DNA from: an uncultured Chthonomonadaceae bacterium
Lineage (GTDB): Bacteria > Armatimonadota > Chthonomonadetes > Chthonomonadales > Chthonomonadaceae
Reading direction: 5' to 3'
DNA length: 64,000 nucleotides
NCBI GenBank assembly: GCA_963835065.1
Contig: CAWIEK010000044.1
Span: forward strand, 480,001 to 544,000
Position 1 is the stretch's first letter; the number at the start of each line of letters is the position of its first letter. Positions 9,100 to 19,855 of this stretch are shown in pieces. The notes below the pieces were generated by a model. That model was given only the letters and a program-made list of their open reading frames with translations, had not been told where the DNA came from and searched no databases. The position numbers and the translations under genes are program-made.

Positions 9100-10767
9100 T
9101 TACTCGTGCGTATCCGGGGAGCCGTCGTCGGGGCCACCTTCTTCGTGTTCGGGTTCTTCCGTATTGCGGCGCTGCTCCAGCATCAGTTTGCTGTTGCGCA
9201 CATCGTTTGGCACGGGGATGGGGTACTTGCCGTCGAAACAAGCGCGGCAGAACTTGTCCTTGTGCATACCGACCGCGCGGACAACGCCATCGAGAGAGAG
9301 ATAGCCCAAACTTGTCGCGCCGATGAGTTCGCAGATTTGCTTGACGGACAGGCGGGCGGCGACGAGTTCTTCCTGGTTTGCCATGTCTATGCCGTAGTAG
9401 CAGGGATGGCGCACGGGCGGGGCCGTAATGCGGACATGCACTTCGACGGCCCCGGCCTCAAACAGCATTTTTACGAGTTTGCCGGTTGTCGTGCCGCGCA
9501 CGATGCTGTCGTCCACCATCACCACTTTTTTGCCGGCAAGCGTTTCTTTGAGCGGCGAGTATTTCATCCGCGCGCCCATTTCGCGCATGTGCTGCGAGGG
9601 CTGAATGAACGTGCGCTGAATATAGCGGTTTTTAATCACGCCTTCGCCATACGGGATGCGCGAGGCTTCCGCGTAGCCGATAGCGGCGGGGATGCTGGTA
9701 TCCGGCACGGGAATCACGACATGCGCGCCGGGCACGGGATGTTCACGGGCGAGTTCCTGTCCCATCCGCTGCCGCGCCTGATGCAGCGAGCGGCCATACA
9801 ACATGCTGTCGGGGCGGGCAAAGTAGATAAACTCGAACAGGCACGTCGCGTGTCGCTGCGTGGGGATAGCCTGAATTTCGCGCAGGCCGTCGTGGTCAAT
9901 GACCACCACTTCGCCGGGTTCGATTTCGCGGATGTATTTCGCGCCAACGGGGATCAGGGCGCAGGACTCGGAGGCCAGTACATAATGTTTGTTGTCAATC
10001 AGTCCCAAACAGAGAGGGCGGACGCCGTAGCTGTCGCGGACGCCGATGAGTTTATCCGGCGTTAAAATCACGAGGGAGTACGCGCCCTGCAAGCGCTGCA
10101 TGGCGGCTTTCACGGTTTCCTCAATGCAGCCGTGATGCAGGTGAGCGAGCAATTGCGCGATCACTTCGCTGTCGTTGGAGGTTTGAAAGTGGCAGCCTTC
10201 CGCAATGAGTTCCTGCCGCAAAGATTGTGTGTTGACCAGATTTCCATTGTGCGCAATGGCAATTTCGCCCACGCGGGACGTGCCGGAAATGGGCTGCGCG
10301 TTGCACAGAATGCTCGATCCCGTCGTGGAATAGCGCGTATGCCCGATGGCGCTGAAACCCTGTAGTTCCGCGATGGCTTTTTCGTCAAACACCTGCGTGA
10401 CCAATCCCATTTCTTTATGGGTTTTGAGGTGGCGTCCATTGGAAACGGTGATTCCCGCGCTTTCCTGACCCCGATGCTGCAAGGCGAACAGGCCGAAGAA
10501 CGTGATACGCGCCACTTCCTGACCGGGCGCGTAAATACCGAACACGCCGCACTCTTCTTTCGGGTTGTCGCGCTCCCAATCGTCTTCCTCCGCCGAGGGC
10601 TGGATCAGGGGCTGAACGGCTTCAAGGCCGGATTGATGAAGTTGAGTAGTAAGAGCAGGATTGCTTGCGGGGGTATGCGCCGGCAGGGGCGTAAGTCCGC
10701 ACACAGGTTCCCGCCGGAGTAAGGGCAGGAACGGGCGTTCGAGTGGGCCAGTCAAAACGGGTGTCAT
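9100..10767 (-). CDS. purF: Amidophosphoribosyltransferase
   Basis: EECGVFG, QHRGQESAG, GHTRYSTTG, VDDSIVRGTT; start uncertain. Confidence 0.96.
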   Translation of the reverse strand: MTPVLTGPLERPFLPLLRREPVCGLTPLPAHTPASNPALTTQLHQSGLEAVQPLIQPSAEEDDWERDNPKEECGVFGIYAPGQEVARITFFGLFALQHRGQESAGITVSNGRHLKTHKEMGLVTQVFDEKAIAELQGFSAIGHTRYSTTGSSILCNAQPISGTSRVGEIAIAHNGNLVNTQSLRQELIAEGCHFQTSNDSEVIAQLLAHLHHGCIEETVKAAMQRLQGAYSLVILTPDKLIGVRDSYGVRPLCLGLIDNKHYVLASESCALIPVGAKYIREIEPGEVVVIDHDGLREIQAIPTQRHATCLFEFIYFARPDSMLYGRSLHQARQRMGQELAREHPVPGAHVVIPVPDTSIPAAIGYAEASRIPYGEGVIKNRYIQRTFIQPSQHMREMGARMKYSPLKETLAGKKVVMVDDSIVRGTTTGKLVKMLFEAGAVEVHVRITAPPVRHPCYYGIDMANQEELVAARLSVKQICELIGATSLGYLSLDGVVRAVGMHKDKFCRACFDGKYPIPVPNDVRNSKLMLEQRRNTEEPEHEEGGPDDGSPDTHE

Positions 10768-10928
10768 TGCATCGGCTCCTTCGCGCGGCGCGCCGGGGAC
10801 TCTTCACGCGCGTCAGATCACAAACAGCAGGCGTGTGCGGCTCAGGCCGCATCTGTTGATGGATGGACAGAAAAGCACTACAGGGACGGTTGATTCTTAC
10901 GCGGCAGGCGTACGGAAAGTTTCTGCTG

Positions 10929-13389
10929 TCAGGTTGTCTCACCTTCGGGTGAAGCCGTTGCAGCCATGCGGCGCGGAATGGCGTTCTGGTAAACTTCGGT
11001 TAATTGTGTCACGGGTATGTCAATAACATCTTGCGGACCGAGCGCGATACGCAGGTTTTCGCCGCCGACTGTGCCGATCCAATCGGCGCGGATGCCTAAT
11101 TGTTCCGCCCGGGTTTTGAGTTTGGCAAACTGCTTTTCGGTGCGAATGGAAACAACGGCGCGGCCCTGCGCTTCGCCGAAGAGGGTGGCGGAAAGCGGCA
11201 GCGCGTTCTCGTCCTCGTTTTTCTTCAGCAATACCAGTGCGCCCTGCTTGCTCAACATGCACTTTTCGGCAAGGCATACGGCCAGCCCGCCATCCGAAAC
11301 ATCGTGGCAGCTTGCGAACATGCCCTCGCCGATGCACTCCAGCAGCAGGGTATGCAGCCGTTTTTCGCCTTCCAGATCAATGTGGGGTGGGATACCCGCT
11401 TCGACGCCGTGAATAACGCTCAGGTACTCACTGCCGCCCAAGCCGCCGTTCGGGTCGTCATAGGCGGTCAGGAGAACAATCGTGTCGCCCTCAGCGTCCG
11501 GGCGAAACGCGGCCTGGGTCCGCTTGTTCACATCATCGAGAATGCCTAACATGCCGATGGTCGGGGTCGGGAAGATGGGGCCGTAATCGGGCGTTTCATT
11601 GTAAAAGCTGACGTTGCCGGACACGACGGGCGTACCGAAAACTTCCGTTGCCTTTGCGATGCCTTCCACGCTGCGCCGGAACTGCCAGAAGCCGGTCGGT
11701 TTTTCGGGATTGGCGAAATTGAGGTTGTCCGTCACCGCTGCGGGACGCGCCCCCACGCAGGCCACATTGCGCGCGGCTTCGGCAACCGCGATCTGCCCGC
11801 CGACATAGGGATCAAGGTAGCCATACCGCCCGTTGCCGTCAATCTTGACCGCAATGCCCTTCTGACTGCCCCGTATGCGCAAAATCGCCGCGTCCGAACC
11901 CGGCATAGCAACCGTCAGCGTCTGCACCATGCTGTCGTACTGCTCGGTCACATAGTTCTTGCTGGCGATATTCGGCGCATCAAGTAGTAATCGAAGTACA
12001 TCATCGTAATCCATGATGCCGACAAGCGCGTTTCGGTCTGTATTGGTAAGTTTCGGCCAATCATATGCCATCAGCATGTAAATTAGCATCCGCAATCGGA
12101 TCATGAGGAGGCAAAATACCTTCACTAGTCATCTTCTCTGTCAACTCTCGTATTTCCGCTTTGCGCTCGTCTGTCGTCTCTGCCCGAAGTTGACGAATGG
12201 TTTGTCCTGGTTCCGGCAGAGTAGAAAAGTTGAACGCCTGCACCTGCTTGATGTAGTCCGGCTCTTCGGTTTCGAGGTAGTAGGTGGGACATTCGTTGGT
12301 AAGCGCGTTGGCGGGCACTTCCGCAACCACTACGCCGTTGTCTTTGACGCGAACCAGTTTGTCATCCGTCACAAAGCCGATAACCGCCGCGTTCAAGCCC
12401 CATTTTTTGAACACGTCCATCACGCGGTTTTCGGTTCCCGCCTGCGCGATGCACAACATGCGCTCCTGCGACTCGGACAGCATGATTTCATACGGCGTCA
12501 TATCGGCTTCGCGGAGCGGCACTTTGCGCACATCTATTTCCATGCCGTTGCCCGCTTTGGAAGCCGTTTCGCACGTGGAGCAGGTCAGACCCGCCGCGCC
12601 CATGTCCTGTATGCCGACCACAAAGCCGGTATCGAGCGCTTCCAATGTGGCTTCGATGAGCAGTTTTTCCATGAATGGATCGCCCATCTGCACATTGGGG
12701 CGCTTGCTTTCGCTGTCCGGGCCGAGTTCCACAGCTGCGAACGTCGCGCCGTGGATGCCGTCCTTGCCCGTGCTGCTGCCGACATAGATAACCGGATTGC
12801 CCACGCCCTTCGCCGCCGCGCTCGCCACTTTGCCTAATTCCACGACGCCCACCGACATAGCGTTGACAAGCGGGTTGCCGCTATAGCACGGATGAAAGTT
12901 GATTTCGCCCGCCACCGTGGGAACGCCAACGGAATTACCATAACTGCTGATACCGGCGACGGCGTGTTCAAACAGGTAGCGGTTGCGGGGATCGTCAAGG
13001 GGACCGAAGCGGAGGGAGTTGAGGTTGGCGATTGGACGCGCGCCCATCGTGAAGATGTCGCGCAGGATGCCGCCCACGCCGGTTGCCGCGCCCTGAAACG
13101 GCTCTACGGCGCTTGGGTGGTTGTGCGATTCGATTTTGAAGCAGATGCCGAGTTTGTCATCAAGCGGAATCACGCCCGCGTTTTCCAGCGCGCCCTGCTC
13201 CTGCGCTTCCTTGTAGTTCTTGAACAGGGCCAGCACGGGGCGGGAATACTTGTAGCCGCAGTGTTCCGACCACATCACGCTGAACATGCCCAGTTCCGTG
13301 ATTGTCGGCTCGCGCTTCAGCGTGTCCAGCACCTGTTGGTACTCCCGCTCGTTCAAGCCCATTTCGCGCGCCATCTCGGGTGTAATCAA
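10929..13389 (-). CDS. purL: Phosphoribosylformylglycinamidine synthase subunit PurL, frameshifted near 12065 within an insertion
   Basis: WSEHCGYK, ESHNHPS, GGILRDIF, LSESQERM in the upstream ORF; QYDSMV, GNVSFYNE, HDVSDGGL in the downstream ORF; GGAG plus TTG start at 13389. Confidence 0.92.
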
Positions 13390-13403
13390 AAGTCGCTCCG
13401 GGA

Positions 13404-13534
13404 AGTAGTCAGTAGCCAGTAGCCAGTAGTCAGTAGTCAGTAGGTCGAAGCCGAAAGTTTGCAGCATACTCTGCAATTTTTGTAGAAAAGAAGAGGGGTT
13501 TCTACTGACTACTGACTACTGGCTACTGACTACT
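13404..13534. repeat. Paired inverted heptamer repeats (AGTAGTC/GACTACT)
   Basis: AGTAGTCAGTAGCCAGTAGCCAGTAGTCAGTAGTCAGTAG ... CTACTGACTACTGACTACTGGCTACTGACTACT upstream of purL. Confidence 0.88.
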
Positions 13535-13583
13535 TTCCAATAGTATAGCCTTTGGGAGCGCGTATGGTCAACCCGGTGACGTG

Positions 13584-13925
13584 TTACAGCTTCAGTAAAG
13601 CGCGTAACTTCGCTTCCACGTCCTGCCAGACGGCAGGAGAGACAACACCAATGTACCGCTGAAAACTGGCTGCATGAAGTGTCGCCATTTTATGTAGGCG
13701 CAAAAGCGATGTTGCTTTCAAGCGTGTGGAAGCGTGTTCCGGTTGTGTAGGATTGAGGAGAATATCACTGTTCAGAAGGCGGGAAGGAACCACAGAAGAG
13801 ATATAAGCGACCAGAAATTCAGGCACATTGCCGACAGGGGGCGTGAGAACCAGCACCGGACGCAGTTTCACTGTCGCTGTGTCGCCAAACGGAAAGGAGG
13901 CCAGATAAATTTCACCGCGCTGCAT
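13584..13925 (-). CDS. PemK/MazF-family toxin
   Basis: RGEIYLASFPFGD...KLRPVLVL pattern; 113 aa; overlaps a small upstream gene. Confidence 0.85.
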   Translation of the reverse strand: MQRGEIYLASFPFGDTATVKLRPVLVLTPPVGNVPEFLVAYISSVVPSRLLNSDILLNPTQPEHASTRLKATSLLRLHKMATLHAASFQRYIGVVSPAVWQDVEAKLRALLKL

Positions 13926-14151
13926 TTATCGGCTCCCCATCCTCTAAGGTGTAAATGTCTTCTCGCGCATCCGCCAATTCTGCCGCCCATTCGCGCGCAA
14001 TGCCCTGACTCCAAAACTTCCCTGCGTCATCTTCTTCGGCTTCGGGAAGCAAAATCAGGACACGCGCAGGGCCGGGCGTCGCTGAGATCGGAAGCGTGAT
14101 ATGCAGGTGGCGCTGCGCGTCAATTTCTCCTACAATCTCAAATGCTTTCAT
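13912..14151 (-). CDS. Putative antitoxin
   Basis: Small protein with acidic C-terminus (EDIYTLEDGEP) overlapping the toxin start. Confidence 0.7.
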   Translation of the reverse strand: MKAFEIVGEIDAQRHLHITLPISATPGPARVLILLPEAEEDDAGKFWSQGIAREWAAELADAREDIYTLEDGEPINAAR

Positions 14152-14307
14152 AATTTTATCTTTCTGTCGAATCTGCAAAAGGTTTCGGTGAACGCTGGAT
14201 TAGGCACAAATTTGGCAGCATATCAGCCTCCACGAAACAGAGCCTTGAAAACCTCAATCTCTATTCTGCCCCGTCGCTTTGGATTCCTGCCGCGCCTGAA
14301 AAATCCT

Positions 14308-14818
14308 TTAGATAGTCGTTTCGCTTATCGGGACAAGTCTCTTTTCATAACACAAACTCACGCCGTCTTCGGCATACTCTCCGAAGGCCGCGCATCTTGA
14401 AAAACCTACGCGCTCATACAGCCTGATTGCCTCCTGCTGATGAACCCCGGTTTCCAGACGCAGGAGACGAAAACCCATTTTGCTGCGACAGCCGCTCCAG
14501 ATGCTGGAGCAGGGCTTGCGCGATTGCCTGCCCACGCCATTGCGGTGTCACATACATCCGCTTGACTTCGGCGTACCCGCTTTTGCCTGCGGTAGTCTCT
14601 TCCTTGAAAAATTTGATCGCGCCGCAGCCGACAGCGCCCCCATTCACCCGCGCCACCAGAAAAATCACGGACGCATCCTGCAAGGCGGCAATCGAAAGTC
14701 CATGACGGTTTTCCGGGGCATACAACGGGTTGAGGCAAGCGTCAAGCGCCCCAATGAGCGCTTTTGCCTCTGCCGTATCCGGTGGTTCCGGCTGAATAGA
14801 TAGAGCCGCGTTCACCAT
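14308..14818 (-). CDS. GNAT acetyltransferase, frameshifted near 14475
   Basis: EVKRMYVTPQWRGQAIA in one frame; LRLETGVHQQEAIRLYERVGF continues in another frame. Confidence 0.8.
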
Positions 14819-14886
14819 CTTCCTCCCCCGCCTGATCCACAATCCTGTTTCAGTACGCCATCAAGGGTAAGCATAGGCATAATAAG

Positions 14887-14967
14887 GTAGGGGTTCTGCT
14901 TGCTGAACCCTCCTCAGACGGGGGCTGAACCCTCCTCAAACGAAGGCGCAGCAAGCAGCGCCCCTAC
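14887..14967. repeat. GTAG-type REP-like palindromic unit, copy 1
   Basis: GTAGGGGTTCTGCTTGCTGAACCC ... GGCGCAGCAAGCAGCGCCCCTAC; inverted copy at 19653-19735. Confidence 0.85.
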
Positions 14968-14991
14968 CCCTACAATCTACCTTGATGGAAT

Positions 14992-15795
14992 CTAGTTGAC
15001 TGATTTCGCGCAGCGAAATCCGGTGTCGCGTCACGTGGCTTCCGCGCCCTCGATGGCATGGTTGTAGGTGCGCAGGTCGCGCTCCCCGTAGCCGACCGCC
15101 CCGCCCCGCAAAAGGCGCTGATCGGGGTTGCCGTGATAAAAGCCCTGCACCCATTCCCACGCGTTGCCGGACATATCCACGCAGCCGTAGGGACTGACGC
15201 CGCCCGGCGCGCTGCCGGTGGGACGCACCCGCGACGCGCCAATCGCGCACTGCCCCGGCTTTTTCACCATAGAAGGCCGCGCAGTCAGCGTTTTGCCGGG
15301 ATGAGCGCGGGATGCCACGCGCTTTTCGTCATAGTCATTGCCCCAGGGATAGCGCCTGCCGTCCGTGCCCCGCGCCGCTTTTTCCCATTCGGCCTCAGTC
15401 GGCAGACGCTTGCCGACCGCTTTGGCATACGCGGCGGCTTCCGCATAAACCACATTCGTAACGGGCAGGTTTTCCTCGCCCTTGGGAAACTGGTGGTCGG
15501 GAACAACCTTCTTGTACGCCGCATTGGTCACTTCCGTTTTGTCCATGTAGAAGGACGGCACGAACTCGCGGTGCAGGGGCGCAACGTCGTCGTCCTTGTC
15601 CGCGTCGTTGCTGCCCGTGAGAAAATCACCCCCCGCCACGTACACCATTCCCGGCGGCGTTTGCGCTTGTTCCTTTGCCATTTGCGATTGGGTGGGCGCG
15701 CTCGGCAGGCGCAGCCGAACTATCGCGCCGGTAGTCAGAACAGCGATGCCCAGTGTCACCGCCATCTGAGTTTTGCTAAGTTTGGTTTTGCGCAT
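14992..15795 (-). CDS. Formylglycine-generating-enzyme (FGE-sulfatase/SUMF1) domain protein with in-frame TGA at 15031-15033 (candidate selenocysteine)
   Basis: MDKTEVTN, RLPTEAEWEKAARG, DMSGNAWEW, RGG; reading through the TGA gives RDTGFRCAKSVN-stop, restoring the family's terminal GFRC motif. Confidence 0.85.
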
Positions 15796-15914
15796 AATGC
15801 TGACTTTCCCGCCCTTTCCTGCCCGCTTACACCCGCCTAAATACCTGTGTGCGGCTGTTGTTAATCGCTTCTCTTATACAACAACTATTCGGCTGATAAA
15901 GTTCATTTATTTTG

Positions 15915-16268
15915 TTACGGGGCGTTGCCGGGCGTGGTTTCTGTTGTGAGAGACGCGGTGATTTCAAACAGGCCGATGCCGACAAGGGCTGCCGTTGTTG
16001 CCTGCTCTTCCTTTAAGAACAGGAACGGAGCCGCCGCAATCGCCACCCCGCTCATGCCATCCAGCGCGAGATGCGTTTTCATCGGCAGGGTTTTCACCGC
16101 GCCCCACTCATAATCGGTCAGCAGGCTGTAAACGAGCGTTCCTACCGCAGAAGCCGTCAGCAAATTCGTCGTCGGCTTGCTCCATTTCAGCAGGCGCGGC
16201 AGCGCGATTAATGCGCCTACCGAAAGGTAATCCAATGCGCCGTGCGTTTTGGTCGAAAACAGTTTCAT
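15915..16268 (-). CDS. Small membrane protein (SPW-repeat-like)
   Basis: Repeated HGALDY/HLALDG motifs and four hydrophobic segments. Confidence 0.7.
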   Translation of the reverse strand: MKLFSTKTHGALDYLSVGALIALPRLLKWSKPTTNLLTASAVGTLVYSLLTDYEWGAVKTLPMKTHLALDGMSGVAIAAAPFLFLKEEQATTAALVGIGLFEITASLTTETTPGNAP

Positions 16269-16514
16269 TTTGTGTATCCCCTTCGAGCCTTTGAACCAGG
16301 CGGTATTCAGGTGTTCGGGTGTTCAGGCTTGTCCCTAATGCCTGATGCCTGATGCTTATTTGACGGCAAAACACCGCCGACAGCCGTGTAACGGCTCCCA
16401 ACGGTGTTTTGTTTCCCAAAGCGCACAGACAGCAGCGGATTATGTGTGTTGCTGCGGGTTTCCCGGTTATTGAACTGGCAATGTTAGGGGTAACGAGGTG
16501 AATGTAAGAAGCGC

Positions 16515-17105
16515 CTACGCGACGGGCTGCGCGGCCTCCTGCTTGGCCTGTTGCCGCTCCTGTGGCGATTGGATGCGGCGTATCAGCCGCGCCGGGACTC
16601 CGCCGACAAGGGTATAGGGTTCCACATCTCGCGTCACCACAGCGCCCGCCGCAACCACCGCGCCCCGCCCAATCGTCACGCCCTTCAAAACGGTCACACG
16701 AACGGCCAGCCAAACATCTTCCTCGATACGCACGGGGCGGGCGTCCGGCATTTGCGCGTGGTCGCCAACATCGTGAAAATCCGTATCCATAATCAGCGTG
16801 TAGTTCCCAATCAGGCAGTTGGCTCCGATGGTAACGGACTCCTGCGCGCAAATGGACGTGCCGCCGTTGATGAACACGTTGTCGCCAATGGTCAAAACGC
16901 CTTTCGGCAGCGACACCAACTCGACAGGCACATGCAGGCCCTTCAAGCGCACACGATTGCCCAGATACATCTTGCCATGATTTTCAACCCGGATGCGCCC
17001 GTATATCTGCACCAGTTTGCCCAATGAGGTACACCCGCGCAGCGCGTATCTGGCCCGCACAACGGCCTTTACTTTGTGGTACTTGTCGCGTATTGTTGCC
17101 AGCAT
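16515..17105 (-). CDS. Hexapeptide-repeat acyltransferase
   Basis: IGDNVFIN, DTDFH, LKGVTIGRGAVVAAGAVVTRDV, GGVPAR. Confidence 0.9.
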   Translation of the reverse strand: MLATIRDKYHKVKAVVRARYALRGCTSLGKLVQIYGRIRVENHGKMYLGNRVRLKGLHVPVELVSLPKGVLTIGDNVFINGGTSICAQESVTIGANCLIGNYTLIMDTDFHDVGDHAQMPDARPVRIEEDVWLAVRVTVLKGVTIGRGAVVAAGAVVTRDVEPYTLVGGVPARLIRRIQSPQERQQAKQEAAQPVA

Positions 17106-17235
17106 ATTGTCTTAAATCTGCATCAAATCAAACAAGAGAATCTCAAGAGCGTACCGCGAAAATGGGCACAGGAATTAGATGTTATTTGCGTCCATTCGCG
17201 TCCATTTGCGGCTGAATTTCTTCCAACGGTATCCG

Positions 17236-18339
17236 TTACGCGGCCTTCAATGCGGCAAGCACGGCGTCTCCCATCGCCTGCGTACTCAGCGCAGCCGTTC
17301 CGGGTGGCGTAATGTCGGCGGTTCGATGCCCCGCATCCAGCGTGTCCGCAACCGCTTTTTCAATTTGAGCGGCTGCCGCTTCCTGTCCGAGCGAATGGCG
17401 CAGCAGCAGGGCGACAGACAAAATTGTTGCCAATGGATTGGCGATGCCCTGCCCCGCAATGGTCGGCGCGGAACCGTGTATGGGTTCGTACAGGCCGAAT
17501 ATACCCGCCCCGTCCGCCGTTAGCCGCGTACCCAGACTGGCGGACGGCAGCATGCCCAAACTGCCCGTCAGCATGGCCGCTTCGTCGCTCAGAATATCGC
17601 CGAACATATTTTCCGTGACGATCACATCGAACTGGCGTGGGTCGCGCACAAGCTGCATGGCGCACGTATCTACCAACATGTGCGACAATTCCACGTCCGC
17701 GTACTCGCCACTGATTTCCGTACACACTTCGCGCCACAATCGTGACGTTTCCAGCACGTTCGCTTTGTCTACGGAACACAGCCGCTTATTCCGCTTACGC
17801 GCCGCCTCGAAGCCTATTCGTACAATGCGCTCGATTTCCGGGCGCGTGTACACGCACGTATCTATGGCTTTGTTACCCCCGTCCTCGCGGCCTTTGGGCT
17901 GTCCAAAATAAATTCCCCCGGTCAGTTCCCGCACGACCAGAATATCCAGTCCCTCGCTCACCAAATCCGCGCGCAGGGAAGACACATTCGCCAGCGCGGG
18001 AAACAGGGTCGCGGGGCGCAGGTTGGCGAACAAACCCAACTCTTTGCGCAAGGGCAGCAATGCGCCCACTTCCGGGCGCAGGGTCGGAGGCTGAATCGTG
18101 TCGTACTTCGGCCCGCCAACCGCGCCCAACAACACCGCGTCGCTTTCCCGGCACAAGGCAAGGGTTTCGGGCGGCAGGGGATGTCCCGTCGCATCGTAAG
18201 CCGCGCCGCCAATCAGCGCGTCCGTCAATTGCAGCGCAAACCCACGCTGTTCCGCAACCGCTTGCAGAACTCGTACCGCTTCCCGAACGATTTCCGGTCC
18301 AATGCCGTCCCCGGCCAATACCGCAATCCGATAGGTCAT
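17236..18339 (-). CDS. leuB: 3-isopropylmalate dehydrogenase
   Basis: [42 protein letters not shown]. Confidence 0.97.
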   Translation of the reverse strand: MTYRIAVLAGDGIGPEIVREAVRVLQAVAEQRGFALQLTDALIGGAAYDATGHPLPPETLALCRESDAVLLGAVGGPKYDTIQPPTLRPEVGALLPLRKELGLFANLRPATLFPALANVSSLRADLVSEGLDILVVRELTGGIYFGQPKGREDGGNKAIDTCVYTRPEIERIVRIGFEAARKRNKRLCSVDKANVLETSRLWREVCTEISGEYADVELSHMLVDTCAMQLVRDPRQFDVIVTENMFGDILSDEAAMLTGSLGMLPSASLGTRLTADGAGIFGLYEPIHGSAPTIAGQGIANPLATILSVALLLRHSLGQEAAAAQIEKAVADTLDAGHRTADITPPGTAALSTQAMGDAVLAALKAA

Positions 18340-18488
18340 GTTCGCATCTCTTCTCAATGTTGTATTATCGGCGTTTCAACACGCGCTTCGCAGTATACTG
18401 GAAAATTCCTGTGAACGGCAGTCACAAAGCTGTATGAAAACACCTGAACACCTGAATACCCGAACACCTGAATACCGAACACCTGATG

Positions 18489-18968
18489 CTATAAGTCCAG
18501 ATGCACCAGCTTCAGGAAAGGCATCAAGCCCATCGCCTGCCAGAACGCAAGGGCGGCGGGGTTGTTTTCGGCAACATAGAGTTCAATCGCCGTCGCTTTG
18601 CGCCCCACGCACCACAAACGCAATTCTTCAAACAGCGCGCTGCCCACGCCCTGCTGCCGCCACTGTTCGCGGACGTACACATCGGAAATAAACGCATACA
18701 ATCCCGGCTTCACTTTGGGCGAGCGCATTTGCAGTTCCCCTAAAATATACCCCACAAGAGCGCCGGACGCGGTTTCTTCCGCAACCAGTACGAGATTGTC
18801 CCGCGAACGCAGGATTTCCTGTACATGCCGGGCGTACTTTTTCTGTCCCTCCTCGGCAATGGAAAAGCGCGAATCAAGGGACTGGTGCAGACTCATCAGT
18901 TCACACCATAACTCAGCAACGGCAAACCGATCCGCAAGGCGCGCGTTTCGGATGATAAAGCCGCTCAT
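18489..18968 (-). CDS. GNAT acetyltransferase
   Basis: GGAGG RBS; DVYVREQWRQQGVGSAL, NPAALAFWQAMG. Confidence 0.85.
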   Translation of the reverse strand: MSGFIIRNARLADRFAVAELWCELMSLHQSLDSRFSIAEEGQKKYARHVQEILRSRDNLVLVAEETASGALVGYILGELQMRSPKVKPGLYAFISDVYVREQWRQQGVGSALFEELRLWCVGRKATAIELYVAENNPAALAFWQAMGLMPFLKLVHLDL

Positions 18969-19268
18969 TTCCGCCTCCACGCCGTTCCCATAGTTACAGA
19001 ACGACTCATCCCTCCCACTATACGACAGCCTGACTTTGGCTTGCAGGCAAATGTTCCGTTTCCTGCCCCTTTCCTCCTGCGCGAAATTCCTGCACCGGGC
19101 CAATACAAACATGCGGAACCTTTCTCACAGGTTGTTACGTCCATTACGTAATAGCCGCCTGCCATTCTCATTTGGTGAGGCTCTCGCAATTGGCAACGCA
19201 GTCAGCGGCAGAGGAAGAACACCAGAACGAACGCGAGAAAGCACAAACGCAATTACGGGAGAATAATC

Positions 19269-19562
19269 ATGTTACGCACAAGCAACGGTATCCAGAAAAT
19301 AGCGCTTACATTCGGAGCGGTCTTCGCTATGGGCGGCGTCCTGCCGCTTGCCGCAAGCGCGCAAACGCATCACAGCTTCCTGCATCGCCACTCCAAAGCG
19401 GCGGGCGCGGTCGGCGGGTATGCGGCCTACAGAGCGGCCAAGCGCACCGGGCGCAACCGAACGGCTTCCGGCCGGCATCGCAACTTCATGCAGCGCCATC
19501 CGGTCGCTACGGGCGTCGGCGCGGCGGTCTTGACGCATCACTTTGCCAAAAAGCATCAGTAA
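19269..19562 (+). CDS. Small secreted His/Arg-rich protein with two internal repeats
   Basis: GGAG RBS; signal peptide ending ASA-Q; HSFLHRH.../RNFMQRH... repeats. Confidence 0.7.
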   Translation: MLRTSNGIQKIALTFGAVFAMGGVLPLAASAQTHHSFLHRHSKAAGAVGGYAAYRAAKRTGRNRTASGRHRNFMQRHPVATGVGAAVLTHHFAKKHQ

Positions 19563-19652
19563 GGCTTTAACCTAACCCCAGCCCCTCTCCTGGCCGCTCC
19601 TGCGTTGCTAGGGGAGGGGTTATTTTGTTACTATTCCGTCAACGTAGATAAG

Positions 19653-19735
19653 GTAGGGCGCTGCTTGCTGCGCCCTCGTCTGCTGAGGAGGGTTCAGCCC
19701 TCGTCTGAGGAGGGTTCAGCAAGCAGAACCCCTAC
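19653..19735. repeat. GTAG-type REP-like palindromic unit, copy 2
   Basis: Near-exact reverse complement of 14887-14967. Confidence 0.85.
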
Positions 19736-19796
19736 AACGTACCCTATTCTTCTCAACGCGAAGATACAGAGAGTTTGCAGGCATCGCCAAATTGTT

Positions 19797-19830
19797 AAAA
19801 AGCCGCTCACTTGATAGTGAGCGGCTTTTT
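19797..19830. terminator. Bidirectional intrinsic terminator
   Basis: AAAAAGCCGCTCACT-TGAT-AGTGAGCGGCTTTTT between convergent genes. Confidence 0.85.
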
Positions 19831-19855
19831 CTTATTGTCTAACCCTTGAGGGCGA

